Part shown: in pieces, positions 25,273 through 38,499 of the stretch
Layout of the letters: the number at the start of each line of letters is the position of its first letter
Numbering within the stretch: position 1 is the first letter of the stretch
From: the human T2T-CHM13v2.0 reference genome, Homo sapiens
Reading direction: 5' to 3' (one strand)
DNA length: 64,000 bases
NCBI RefSeq assembly: GCF_009914755.1
Contig: NC_060948.1
Notes under the pieces: model-generated
Seen by the model: only the letters and a program-made list of their open reading frames with translations
The model's database searches: none
Told to the model about the DNA's origin: nothing
Program-made: the position numbers and the translations under genes

Positions 25273-27374
25273 GTACTGTCATCATATGGGCCATGAGAAC
25301 ATCTCACCTGTTCAGTACCCCTCTACATTTTAGTGGGGACTAGGACATGGAATATGTGTAGGGATGATAGTGCCCTGTCACTGGGATCAGGACAGACCAC
25401 AGGGAAGGGGAAGCTGCCAGCAAGGAGCCTGGGTCAGGGGCCAGGTTTGGGAAGCAGTTTCCTCTGACCCAACACTTGTTCCTGCAGCTGGACACATTAC
25501 CTAAATTTATGTCTATTTTGGAGAATGGTGAAAACAGACTTAGAAAAAGACACTTGTAGGCCGGCCACCTAAAGACAAACTCAGCTGTCATTGTGGTGTG
25601 TTTATTTTTAGTATTTTGTTTCTTTTGCTTTTCTCATGTTTCTGCTACATATCAGTACTTTTTTGAGCAGCCTCCCTGCACTCTGTGATCTTTACTTGAT
25701 GAGGAGGATCATTTAAGAATAAGAAAACTGGAGGCTGGCCTGCTGTGGATCTGTTCTACATTTAGGGCTGTCCTAAATCTTGTCTGGCCTTCACACCATG
25801 TGCACATTTGCTCCTCCTTTCCACATACCATTAGGATATTAGCATCTTTCTTGACACCTCTTGGGCCTGCTTCCATTTAGATCCTGCCCTGCCCAGGTAT
25901 GTGTCCCTAAGCAGGTTCATGTGACCTTTCACCTGTAAAATAGAGATGGTGCCAGGATCTGCCATGGGGATTTTTGCAAAGCTTAAGTCAGGCTGGTTGT
26001 CAAAAGCCTAAGAGTACAATTGAGACACAGTGAGCATTCATGAAATACCAATGCTTTATTATCAAGTGCTGCCTAATAGTTCTTGAGGATCAACCATCAT
26101 TTAATCCCATAACTATTAAGCTCTTGATAATTGTTTTCCTATTTTCAATACTGGAGAACAACACTTCATTGAAGGTCATTGTAAATAAAGTGCTAATATA
26201 TTATCAGTTTCCAGTAATAAGCTTTATTAAGCGCCTCAAGGGGGCCAGGTAATTCAGAGCCTGACCCAAGTCTTTGCAGCCACAGGGAAAACGGTAAAGG
26301 CATGTAATTTGTTATATCCTGGGGTCCACAGCCACCAGTAGCCAAATTGAAACAGGAACCCACATTCCTGAGCTTGGCTTCAGTTTCTTTCCAGGTCCTA
26401 CTGCTCTGGCCTGAGAGAGCCTCTGCCCACCAAAATACGGTGTTCTCTGTTTCCCACAGGCCACTGCAGGGTGGCAACATGTACCAGTAGGGGCCCAACC
26501 ATGATGTCGCCACCCTCCCCCTCATCTTTCCTGCTCATTACCTCTGCCCTCTGGCTGCTTGCAGTAACATGATGGACCCCTCTATGGCTGCACCTGCATC
26601 ATGGCTGGTTCCTCTAGCATTGGCATCCTCCAAGAAAATTTCCTTCCAGACTGTGCAGTTGGTCTACTGCTAGCGGCTGGACTTCATGATGCACTGCAGA
26701 CACCTCTGTGGCTGTGTCTATTGATACCCTTGCTGATGGCTACACGTGGATCTGCTTTGGACAGATCTTGAGTTTTTGAGCTGGATGTGGTGATTACTTG
26801 AGTCTTGTTTGAGGGAGTGGAAGTGTGGGTAGAGCTAGGATTTTCTGCTGGAATCTGTGGTGTTTAATTAGATGTGGAACCCGTACCCTGGAACAGAGAA
26901 TCTTCCTAGAGTCTCTGACACCACAAATTACTTCCCATATATTTTATTTTGAAAATAAAAATATATGCACATGACTGAAAAATACAGAGATGAGGCAAGG
27001 GTAACTCAGAAGGAACTGCCACCATGTGCACCTAACCCTAGTCCCCTGAATTACCTGTTAACACCTGGTACAACAGAGGAAGGCTGAGTTTCTTAGACTT
27101 CTGACCTTTCCTCCACCCTCACCCAATGATAGAAATATCATGATTTTAGTTTCTTTCTTAGTTATCATTGATGTTGAAAGTAACTGTAGAGTATATGTAT
27201 ATTTATGTATATATTTTTTCAATCCAATGCAATAGAATCTTGTGACTTTCTTCTTGTAGGAAGTATATTGGCACTTTGAATTCACCTACATTTCTTGGTA
27301 TTCTATAGGTATATACATATTTTTTCTTTAGCTTTCTCTTTTCTTGGAGTTTCTAATTGCCTTTTCTTCTTTCT

Positions 27375-27462
27375 TTCTATTTAAAATTAAATTAAATTAA
27401 AATTAAATTAAATTTAAAATTAAATTAAATTAAGTTGGAACTAAATTAAAATTCAAATTAAA
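27375..27462. repeat. AT-rich (TTAAA)n simple repeat
   Basis: TTAAAATTAAATTAAATTAAAATTAAATTAAATTTAAAATTAAATTAAATT run. Confidence 0.85.
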
Positions 27463-27847
27463 TCTCCTTTTATCACATCCTTATCATCTTCCCTCATTTC
27501 TAACCTCCCACCTGAAAAATCACTGGTGGACACCTTCCGTTTTCCTGTTCCTATCCCACCAACATCTCTCTAGGCCTGGGGTGGAGCTGTCATTCCCAGA
27601 GCTTTTATAACTGCCTCCCTGGGTTTTTACATGTCAAATGCTATTTCGCTACTGCAACTATGGGACAAATCTCCCAGAGAGCTAACCACTTTTCTTAGGT
27701 TTATTTTGTTAATTGTATGTGGTTTTGAAATATTTTTTAGATTCTGTCTTCCAATTTTTGAGAGTTACACATTTTAAGAGAATTTCAAGCTGTTGTTCCT
27801 AATCTCTGAATTTTCCTATTATCTTCCTAAATTTTGTTATTTTTCAG

Positions 27848-27963
27848 GGATGCAATATTTTATACTTCTCTGAGACTACGGGGAGCATGTGTTCTGAACT
27901 TTCCTTGAACAGAGGTCTTGAGGCCAGAAGGAAGAAGGATCTTAAAGACTCATTTCTCTGGAG
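27848..27963 (+). CDS. PRY: PRY/PRY2 coding exon B (GCNILYFSETTGSMCSELSLNRGLEARRKKDLKDSFLW + AG)
   Basis: Acceptor TTTTTCAG| at 27847, 116 nt open in frame with exon A, donor GAG|GTGAGT at 27964. Confidence 0.92.
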
Positions 27964-28689
27964 GTGAGTTGTCTGTTGATCATATTTGCCTTTGTTTGTT
28001 TTTTTTGTTTGTTTGCATTTTTTAAAAACTGTTGGTCTCTCACGTTTGCCTCTGTAATTAGCATTAAGGCTGAAATGGGGATTGTCACACGCTCATTTCA
28101 CATTGGGACAAGAGGAACTGGCCTTCAAACCAGGGGCCTACAAATGGGAAGGATGATTTCCTCTGGGAATCCCTAAGCTTCCTTCTTTCCTCTGCAGAAA
28201 CCTTCACCTTCAGTTGCCCTGCTGCTTCCTTGGCATGGCGATGTTCTTCCTCCACTTGCAACCTGATCACACAACTGTGGACATTGTTCTCATGGCTTTT
28301 CCCTTCTCTTTGTCGTGAAGAGAGAAGATGCAACCCGTTTCTCTACTATGATGGAACCAGAATGTCCATATTAGAACTTTAACATTATTTCCTCTACATC
28401 AGAGGCCACATTGGCTTCTGCCTGAAAGAGGAAATTGCAGAAAACAGACACAAGGATGGGAAGGTCACATTGACATATAAAGTTCCTGAGGGGCAGCTGG
28501 GTATTGTGTTAGGTGGTCACTCTTCTGTTCAGGAGGAAGGACTGTGTGAGCCTTTCCCAAAGGCCTGTTCAGTGTCTGAGCTCAGGGCCAACTTAATTTC
28601 AGTGTGCAGCCTTATAGATTAGGAAAAGAAAACAATCTGCCTCATCAGGTCTCCTGCCCAACCTTATTCCTTGCTCTGGATCATGATTG

Positions 28690-29260
28690 CTTATTTAAAA
28701 ACAGCTTTGTTGGCATGTGATTGGCATATGGTAAACTGCACCTGTGTAGATGGAAGAACTGATGGTTTCTCCATGTGAGTATTTCATTCACCGCAAGGCC
28801 AGAAGTGTGATGAAGGTCATGAAAACACATCTTCCTCCCATCAATAACGATCACTCCCTGGCCACCCTAGGACCACAGATCTGCTTCTTTCACTAAAAAC
28901 TTGTGGGTATTTTATAGAATTACAGGTAAATACAGTATGTACTTGGGTCTTTGTGCGTCGTTCTGATCTGGCTTCTTTTATTCAGCAGAACTACTTTCAG
29001 AGTCACTCTGTTCTGAGTGCATCAACAGTCCATTCCTTTTCATGCTGAGCCACATGCCATTGTATAGATGTGCCACAGCTTGTTCACCCTTCTTCTGTGT
29101 ATGGGCATTTGGGCTCCTGGTTTGGGACCATTATGTGTAAGGATGTCATGAATATTTATTTATGTATGTAGCCTGTGAGCTTGCCTTCATTTCTCATGGT
29201 TCATTCCTAGGAGTGCAGTGGCCACATCATGTCATGGTAGGTCTGCATCGACCTTGTTAA
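28690..29260 (-). mobile_element. Old L1M (MC/ME-type) 3' fragment
   Basis: AACAGCTTTGTTG..GTAAACTGCACC..TCTGGCTTCTTT..CATTCCTTTTCATGCTGAG..CCATTGTATAGATGTGCCACAG typical of an ancient L1 3' end. Confidence 0.6.
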
Positions 29261-30049
29261 GGAATCACTGTCCCTTGTGCTAAGTGTTTGGTCCATTGCC
29301 TGCTTTCTCTCTTGCTCCCTCTGATTTAGTCATACAAACCTCTTGTATCCTTCACCCTCCAGGGCAATAACTTCTTAGCATACCGCCTTTCTTTACACTT
29401 GGAATCACCAGCTCCTTCTTTATGTGCTGGCTCTGATTCCCTCACTAAATTTGCCCTTTGTGCCCCATGTGTGACCCATTCCCATTGATACACCCTATGT
29501 ATGAGAGGGCTTTGGGATAAGAGACTGTTTCTGATGAGTATCGAGTACTACAATGGCTCTGAATGGAAGAAAGATGACTGGGTGGGTCTTGTCAACCATT
29601 GTCCCTGGAGCTCATCTTTGTTGTTACAAATAAGTCTGGGTGTGGCCTGGGCATATGTTCAAGTACTCGCAAACCTTTTCTAAATGACAACTGGAGACCA
29701 GGCCATGGGCTGGAATGTGAGTATGAAGTTACTTGGAAGCTGTGTGATTGAAAGTGAGTCACTCAGTCACTGGATCCTGGCATTTTTCTCTACATGTGGG
29801 ACTACCCATACTTTGCAGAGTTGCTGTGAGTTCACCTGAGTAAGACACCTGCATGCACTTGTGATCAGAAAATGTTAATTTCCCTTTATTGAAATGGAAC
29901 AACCCATGGATATTATGTGCTGAGGTCTGGATCAAAATAGAGCATGATACTGAAGACCTTGTAAACCCTGAGGAGGCATCACTGATCACTGGGTGTCCGG
30001 AAAGGCAGCAGAGAAAAACTGACCTGGAAGTGAAATTGGCCCGTGGGTT

Positions 30050-30784
30050 TGTTACAGTTGGTTAAACAGTCATGAGTGGGGCAAGAGCGGGTTCTCCACA
30101 TCCGCATACCAGGAATGTCAGGCCATCGGGTGATGGTTGGACAGTTATCATATTGCTTCTCTAAAAATAATAATTTAGCGGCTGGGGCCAGGGATAGCCT
30201 GATACACAGCTGGTAACATTAAAGTGTTAATTAAACTCACATGCCAGAGAGGAGGAAAAAGGGCGTCCCATAAAATCTCAGACATTGGATGACTGAACCC
30301 AGGAGTGCACATTAAGAGACAAAATGGTGGAGTATGACTTTCTGGGGTCACCCCACCAATAAAAGGGAGGAAGCCTCAGATGGGCATACATATAACTGCT
30401 TAAACACACTGTCTATACTTACTTCCCAAGGGTAACGAGGGCACTGTGCCTGTGGGCAGCCCATGCTAGGGGAAGAATCATGGGAAAGGGTGCACCAGAT
30501 GCTGGCGGTAGGCCAGCCTAAAATGTCCCAGAAGGAAGGTTAATGGCCACACTTCTTCAAGTCACCCATTTGGATCTCTTTCGAGTGCAATTTTCATTCT
30601 TTCCTGCTCTAAAGCTTTTTAATAAACGTCCACTCCTGCTGTGAAACTTGCCATGGCATTTTCTTCCTTCTTCCTTCTTTATGCCCACCAGTTGAATTCT
30701 TTCACCTGAGGAGGCAAGAATTGATATTGCTAAAGACCCGGACGGATTTGCTGCCAGTAACTCAGATACTTTTCACTGGTAACA
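30050..30784 (+). mobile_element. Solo ERV1 LTR (MER50-like)
   Basis: TGTTACAG...GGTAACA inverted termini, 735 bp, AATAAA at ~30621, near-TSD GGTT/GGTC; internal AGGAATGTCAGGC..GGTGATGGT..TCTCTAAAATAATAATT matches my recollection of MER50. Confidence 0.8.
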
Positions 30785-30989
30785 GGTCTAGGAGCTGGTG
30801 GACACAATGGCTGGAGTATGTGTCCAGAATGTGCCTGCTCAGGCCCCAGGCACTTCCGGACTGTGGGGGGACTTGAACCCCAGGTTAAGGGGACACCATG
30901 GAATGAGAGCTCAGCCTGCTGTTGGAATACTGGGGATAGGATATTTTTTACTGAAGTAAATCCCCTACCTATTAAGGAACTACTACCCA

Positions 30990-31880
30990 ATCTGTCCTCT
31001 TTCTGACCCCTGACAATTAGCAAATCTGCTTTCTTTCTCTATGAAATTACTTATTCTGGACATTTATATACATAAAATCATACACTATGTGACTTTTGTG
31101 CTTAGCTTCTTTAAACACAATGGTTTTGCAGTATCTTCACATTGTAGTATGAGTGTCTCAATCTTTTTATGGCTAGATATTATGCCATTGTATAGGTATA
31201 CTACATTTTGTTTTCCTATTATTTGTTTGTGGACATTTGGTTTGTTTCCACATTTTAGTTATTGTGAATAATTCTTCCATGAGTATATGTGCACACACAG
31301 TTTTGTTTGAATACCTGCTTTATATTTTTTGTGTATATACCTGAGGTGGGGGGGATTTGCTGGTTTCTATGATGGTTCCATGTTTAGCTTTTTGCAGAAA
31401 CACCAAACTATTTTCCACAGCAGATGAACTATTTTACTTTTGTTTTTCTCCACTTCCACGTCAACCCTTGTTCGTTCATGGTTTTTAAATAATAATAATT
31501 ACAATGGGTGAAAAGTGGTGTCTTCTTGTGGTTTTGATCTGCATTTCCCTGAAATAAGTGATGTTGAGCTAATTTTTATGTGTTTTTGTGTGTGTGTGTA
31601 TCTTTGGAGAAAAGTATTTTCAATTTCTCTATCATTTTTTTAATTGGGTTGATTGTCTTTTTGTTCTTGAGTTGTAAGAATTTCTCCTATATCCTGGATA
31701 CTAGGCCCTTACCCTTATATATGACTTGAAAATATTTTGTCCTATGCTGTTGGTTTTCTATTGACCATCCTGATAGTGCCCTTTGAAGCATGAAAGATTT
31801 TAGTTTTAATGAAGTTCAATTTATCTATTTTTTCTTTTGTTTTCTGTGCATTCTCTGTCATACCCAGGAAACCATTAACA
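30990..31880 (-). mobile_element. Old L1M 3' fragment (followed by a + strand L1M fragment at ~31890-32180)
   Basis: ATTCTGGACATTT..GGACATTTGGTTTGTTTCCAC..GTGGTTTTGATCTGCATTTCCCTG. Confidence 0.7.
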
Positions 31881-32289
31881 AGTTCAGTGCCAATAAGCGC
31901 AGAAAGATATGTTCGACATCATTAGCCATTAGGTAAATGGATATCTAAATCACAATGAGATTATCACCTTAAACCCACTAGAATGTCTTTTTTTTTTTTT
32001 TTGAAAAAGGGAGAGTTGGGGAGTATGTGGAGAAAATGGAACCCTTGTGCATTGCTGGTGAGAATGTGAAATGGTGGTGATGGTTGCACAGTAACATGAA
32101 CATACATAATGCCACTTACCTGTACACCTACAAATGTTTAGATTGGTAAATTTATGTTACGTTTCTTTTACCACATACCAAAAAGGCTTCCTGAGAACTA
32201 GTCCTGAGATAGTTCCATGTGGAAAGAAGAGGACCCTTCTCTCTCCTAGAGTGAGTAGAAGCCTTTGTTTTTTGTTGCTGTTGTTGTTT

Positions 32290-32590
32290 TGTGTTTGTTT
32301 TTGTTTTGAAACAGAGTCTTCCTTTGTGGCCTAGGTTGGTGTGCAGTGGTGTGGTCTCTGCTCACTGCAAGCTCCAACTCCCATATTCATGCCATTCTCC
32401 TTCATCAGCCTCCTGAGTAGCTGGGACTAAAGGTGCCCACCACCATGCCTGGCTAATTTTTGTATTTTTAGTAGAGGTAGGGTGTCACCGTGTTAGCCAT
32501 GATGGTCTCAACCTCGTGACCTAGTGATCCACCCAACTCAGCCTCCCAAAGTGGTGGGACTGCAGATGTGGTGAGCCACCACATCTGGCT
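32290..32590 (-). mobile_element. Alu (Y/Sc-like)
   Basis: GAAACAGAGTCT..CTCACTGCAAGCTCC..GGCTAATTTTTGTATTTTTAGTAGAG..CCCAAAGTG. Confidence 0.9.
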
Positions 32591-33375
32591 GAGTAGAAAC
32601 CTTCTTATCATGCTTGTACTACACACTCCTGGCTCTTCCACACACCAAGCATGACCTCACGAACCAGAGGCAGTCTAAGTCTAACTGGCCCATTTGTACC
32701 CCCTTTCCAACATCCTATTCCCCTATTCAACTCACTCTCTTTCCCCTACAAACCACTGTACATCACAGGTCTGCTTACCTTCTCTGTAGACATTTCTATA
32801 ATGTCATAGAAATATGATCATAAAATACATGATCTCTTCAGACTGGCACTTTTTGTTATTATTGTTTTCTCATTATTCTATAATTGCTGCCAAAAGAAGC
32901 AGGCATGTGCTGTGCCACAGAAAACCGATCATATTCTAAGCTCTACTTAGTAAAAACTAAAAAAAAAGAAAGAAAAAAATATGCTAGTACATATTGTCGC
33001 ATTTATCCTGTTATTTTTTTAATTCATGATTTCTACAATGAATAAATGGATGAATAAAGCACACAGATATTATGCTTTGCCAGTCCAGCTGAACATCAAG
33101 CTGCTTACAGACTACAGGCAAATTATTGCAAACAGTTTTGACTGTGGCCCCAGCCAGCTAGTGAGACTTGCATTTATTCAGTAAGGATTAATTGACCAAG
33201 GCTCTAGTTAACACCACTAAAGGGTAATTGACAGTGTGGACTTCCCAGTTAGAAAGCAATTTAGCACTGTGCTAAGTCAAATATTAGTCTTAGGACCACA
33301 TGACTAAGCAAGCTACTTAGGTAAACACCCCGCATTCCTTTGTTTCTACTCTAACTTATTTAACTAAAGGTAAAA

Positions 33376-33610
33376 GGCCATCCTGTCTAATATGGTGAAA
33401 CCCCATTTCTACTAAAAATACAAAAAATTAGCTGGGCATGGTGGCGGGTGCCTGTAGTCAAAGGTACTTGGACTCAGGAGGCTGAGGCAGGAGAATGGCA
33501 GGAACCTGGGAGTTGGAGCTTGCAGTGAGCTGACATCGCAGCACTGCACTCCATACTGGCCAATAAAGCGAGACTCTGTCTCAGAAAACAAAACAACACA
33601 AAACAAAACC
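33376..33610 (+). mobile_element. 5'-truncated AluY-like SINE
   Basis: GGTGAAACCCC..AAAAATACAAAAAATTAGCTGGGC..GGAGAATGGC..GAGCTTGCAGTGAGC. Confidence 0.88.
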
Positions 33611-35282
33611 AGTATTCATCACTAAAAAAAGTAGCAAAATATAAAGACCAACAACACTATGAAGAAAGTGGATCAATTAATATGCAAAATAACCAGCTAG
33701 TATTGCCATGCCAGGATCAAATTGACCCGTACAAATATTAACCTTAAATGTAAGTGAACTAAATTTGCCAATTAAAGTGCACAGACTGACAAATTGGATA
33801 GAATCAAGACCCTTTGGTGTGCTGTATTCAGGAGACTGATATCATGGGTGAAGACACACATAGGCTCAAAATAAAAGGATGGAGGAATATTTACAAAGCA
33901 AATGGAAAGTAAAAAAAAAAAAAAAGCTGGGATTGAAATCCTGCTCTATCCTAAAATGACCATACTGCTTAAAGTAATTCACACATCTACAGTGATCTGA
34001 TCTTTGACAAGCCTGACAAAAACAAGCAACTAGGGAAGGATTCCCTGGTCTGGGAAAACTGGCGAGCCATATGCAGAAACCTGAAACTGAATCCCTTTCT
34101 TACATCACATACAAAACTTAACTCAAGATGAATTAAAAGACTTAAATGTAAAACCTAAAACCCTAAAAACCCTAGAAGAAAATCTAGGCAATACCATTCA
34201 GGATATAGGCATGGGCAAAAACTTCATGACAAAAAGACCAAAAAACAATTGCAACAAAATCCGAAATTGACAAATGGGACCTAATTAATCTAAGGAGCTT
34301 CTCCACAGCAAAAGAAAATATCGTCAGAGTGAACAGGCAACATACAGAATGTGAAAACATTTTTTCATCCTATCTATCTGACAAAGGTCTAATATCCAAA
34401 AGCTACAAGGAACTTAAAAAATTTTATAAGAAAATAAAAAACAAACCCCAACAAAAAGTGGTAAAGGATATCAACAGACACTTCTCAAAAGAAGACATTT
34501 AATCAGCCAACAAATATATATAAAAAAAGCTCAGCATCACTGAGCATTAGAGAAATGCACATCAAAACCACAATGAGATACTGTCTCACATCGGTCAGAA
34601 TGGTGACCATTAAAAAGTCAGGAAACCACAGATGCTGGCGAAGATGTGGAGAAAAAGGAATGCTCTATGCTGCTGGTGGGAGTATAAATTAGTTCAATCA
34701 CTGTGGAAGACAGTGTGGTGATTCCTCAAGGATCTATAACCAGAAATACCATTTGACCCAGCAATCCCATTATGTGGTATACACCCAGAGTATTGTAAAT
34801 CATTCTACTCTAAGGAAACTGCTTATTGCTGCTAGTGCTGCTTATTGCAGCACTATTTACACACAAAAAAGACATGGCACAAACCCAGATGCCCATCAAT
34901 TATAGACTGGATAAAGAAAATGTGGCACATATACACGATGGAATACTATGCAGCCACAAAAATGAATAAGTTCATGTCCTTTTCAGAGACATGAATGAAG
35001 TGGAAACCGTCATTCTCAGCAAGCTAACACAGGAACAGAAAAGCAAACACTACCTATTCTCATGCATAAGTGGGAATGGAACAATGAGGACACAATGGGG
35101 CCTGTCAGGGAGTAGGGGGTAAGTGGAAGGAGATCATTAGGACAAATACCTAATGCATTCAGGGCTTAAAACTTACATGATGGGTTGATGGGTGCAGCAA
35201 ACCACCGTGGCACATGTACACCTATGTAACAAAACTGCCTGTTCTGCACATGTATCCTAGAATTTAAATTACAATAAAAAAA
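33610..35282 (+). mobile_element. L1PA with large internal deletion (ORF2 start joined to ORF2 3' part and 3' UTR)
   Basis: Endonuclease-start sequence at ~33700-33950 (ATTCAGGAGAC..GCAAATGGAAAG), then TGATCTTTGACAAGCCTGACAAAAACAAGCAA onward to GCACATGTATCCTAGAATTTAAA and an A-tail at ~35280. Confidence 0.9.
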
Positions 35283-35943
35283 GGCAGGTTTAATGAAAAA
35301 CTAAATAGTATCCATGAATTTATGATGACTCCCTATTCGGTTTTTACTTAATGCTTTTTCTGTGTTTCGTGTCTGGAGGAAAGCAAAATAACAACATATT
35401 GACCCAAACATTTTAAAACAACTTAATACAAAGGGGTTGGAGCAAATTCTTTTATCTCTTTATGAAGACAAGTGTGAGTTAAAAACCAACTCTCCTAATG
35501 CTTCTCAGTGCCTCAAGGTGCTTAGGAAAAAAATAAAACTTCCAACTTAAGGATACTTGGCAGCTTCCAGAACTTTAAGGAAAGCCGAGAAATAAAGTAT
35601 CCAGCTTCCGGCTCTTTCTAGGAGAGTATGCCTAGTGCCTTCAGGACCCTTGGACCTTGGAGGAAGAGCGGAGGTGGGGTAGGTGGGGGCGGTCTCTGGA
35701 GCCACTTGCCGCTCTGGCAGCCACTGCTGCTCCCCATGGGACGGCTTAGAGTCAGCCTTCAGCAGAAGCAGCAGGCTTTCCGCAAGCAGTGTTTGGTGTG
35801 TCTGCCTGTTTTCCATCTCTGTATCTTCCTTAGTGATGTATCTACTCAGGTTTTTACCTTGGAATTGGGTTGCTTATCTTTTTGAGTTTTAGAGTTTCTG
35901 CATATGTTGTGCATACAAGTCACTTTTCAGATAAGTTTGCTAA

Positions 35944-36398
<455 letters not shown>

Positions 36399-36399
36399 G

Positions 36400-37430
36400 G
36401 TAACAGAGTGTTTTACAGAGTAGACATTTCAACTTTCAATAAAGTTCATATTATCCGTTTTTTTTTCTTTCATGGACTTGATAATAACTCATCACTAAAC
36501 CCAAGCTCATGAAGATATTTTCCAATTACAACTTTGCACTGAAAAAATTTAATGTGTGGGTATTTTTGACTAATTTTTTTAACTGTAAAATTTGTGTCTA
36601 TGTTCATTTGTTTCCGTATAGTTTCCAGCTGTTTTCTTGCCACTTGTGAAAGAGACTTATTGTTTCCAAAGGACATTCTTTGCATTTTCGACAAAATCAT
36701 TTGACTTGGGCCTGTTTTGGGGCTGACTATTCTGTTCCACTTATCTGCTTGTCTATTAAATCATGAATGACACACTCTTGTTTATTACATTAGCTTTAGT
36801 GTAAGTATTCATATCACATCTGGCATTGCACTTCTTCAGTCTTATTTCATCTATTCTAGGTTTAGGAAGAGTTGTTGATATATTTACCTGGAATTTGATT
36901 GGAATATAGCTGAAATAATAATAAATGTGCTTCTCCAGAACAAGAAACATCTATTTATTTACTTTGTGAGAAGGAGTTGTGTCACCCAGGTTGGTGTGCG
37001 GTGGCATGATCTCAGCTCACAGATTCTCCCACTTCAACGACCCAAGTAGCTGGGACCACAGGCATGCACCACCAAGCTCAGCTTATTTTTTTTGTATTTT
37101 GGGCAGAGATGGGCTTTCACCATGTTCCCCAGGGTGGTCTCCAATTCATGGGCTCAAGGTATCTGCCTGCTGCAGACTCCCGAGGTGCTGGGATTACAGG
37201 CGTGTGACAACGTGCCTAGCCTGTCTGCATTTGCTAACATTTCCTTTGATTTCTCCCAATGGTGACTCATTGTTTTCTGAATGAATTCTGCATATTTTGT
37301 TACAGTTATACTTAATGGATTCAATTTTGCGGGTAGTATTGTAAATGGTGTTTTAATATTTCAAAATCCAATTATTTATATTCATTATTGCTGATATAGA
37401 GAAAATCAATTGAGTTTTGTATATTGACCG
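36400..37430 (-). mobile_element. Old L1M fragment interrupted by an AluJ-like element (~36965-37220)
   Basis: L1 ORF2-like antisense sequence (CTATTCTGTTCCA..GAATTTGATTGGAATA..GTAAATGGTGTTTT) with Alu GTCACCCAGGTTGG..GCTGGGATTACAGGCGTG. Confidence 0.7.
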
Positions 37431-37461
37431 TCTTCTTTGCTTCCTTTTATCTCCATTCTAG

Positions 37462-37720
37462 ATATGGGAAGGTTGGCTGTATCTCACTTCCACTTCGTGA
37501 GATGACCGCCTGGATTAACCCACCCCAAATTTCAGAGATTTTCCAAGGCTACCACCAGAGGGTGCACGGAGCTGATGCACTGAGCCTGCAAACCAACTCT
37601 CTGAGAAGCAGGTTATCTTCACAGTGCCTCGGACAGAGCTTCCTTCTCAGGACACTCGAGAGAGGCCGTGGTTTCAGGGCACTTGGGGACATCTGTGGCC
37701 ACGTTCATGAAGAAGACTAA
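37462..37720 (+). CDS. PRY: PRY/PRY2 coding exon C, completing the 147-aa testis-specific PTPN13-like Y-linked protein
   Basis: Acceptor TTCCTTTTATCTCCATTCTAG| at 37461. AG+A forms Arg across the junction, then YGKVGCISLPLREMTAWINPPQISEIFQGYHQRV...GHVHEED and TAA. Exons sum to 69+116+259 = 444 nt = 147 aa + stop, equal to the recalled PRY protein. PRY and PRY2 cannot be distinguished here. Confidence 0.95.
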
Positions 37721-38499
37721 GCCTACTTCATCTCAGGACCCGCCCAAGAGTGGCCGCGGCTTTGGGACACCTGGGGTCGGGTCCACCATGAGGATAAAAC
37801 CTCCTTCTCTTCTGGACATGTCCAGGAGTGGCCGTTGCTACAAGTCACCTGGTGCTACGACCAGGGTGAGAATAAAGACGTCTCCTCAGGACCCTCCCAG
37901 GAGAGTACATGGCATTGAGACATCTGGCGGCCAAGTGAGGAAAAGACACCCTGTCTGCAGCACCCAGAACTGAGGAGGGGCACTGCCCTGGGCCTTACTT
38001 CCCAGCCCTGGCCTCCAATTCTGACCTTACAAAAGTGTCCCTTGAGTGAGGCAGTGACCACGCATTGTCACAGCTACCAAAGTGTGGTTTGCAGATGATC
38101 TGGGCTTGTTTCTGGCAGAGATTCTGGTACAGAGAAAGGAGAGGCGCTGAGTGGAACCACGATGGGCTGAGGCCAGGGGAGACATCGCAACCTCCAACAA
38201 CACTTTTTTTCATGCTTTAATAACTCATTTTTCTTAGAGAACTAAAGTAGTTGAAACAATATAGAAACATTTTTTAAGTAGGCATATTAGAACTTGAATT
38301 ATTATGTAAGTTTAAATATATGATATATGCCTGGTTAGCAACATTTTTTCTTTTCCTGAGACAGTCACAGTTTAACTGAGAGTGCATTTGTAATGGTAAT
38401 GTAAATGTCTGCTTTATACATATTGACATCCTACATTAGCTGAGATATACTAACAATATCAAACTTTGATATTATGCCATAAAATTAGTTGAAGAATTC

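Noticed and set aside
33040-33375. Possible LTR fragment
   Set aside because: Looks retroviral, but I could not define termini or family with enough confidence.
37424-37461. 5' part of the listed 98-aa ORF as a standalone gene start
   Set aside because: It begins at a non-ATG codon within the intron's polypyrimidine tract; the true frame enters by splicing at 37462.
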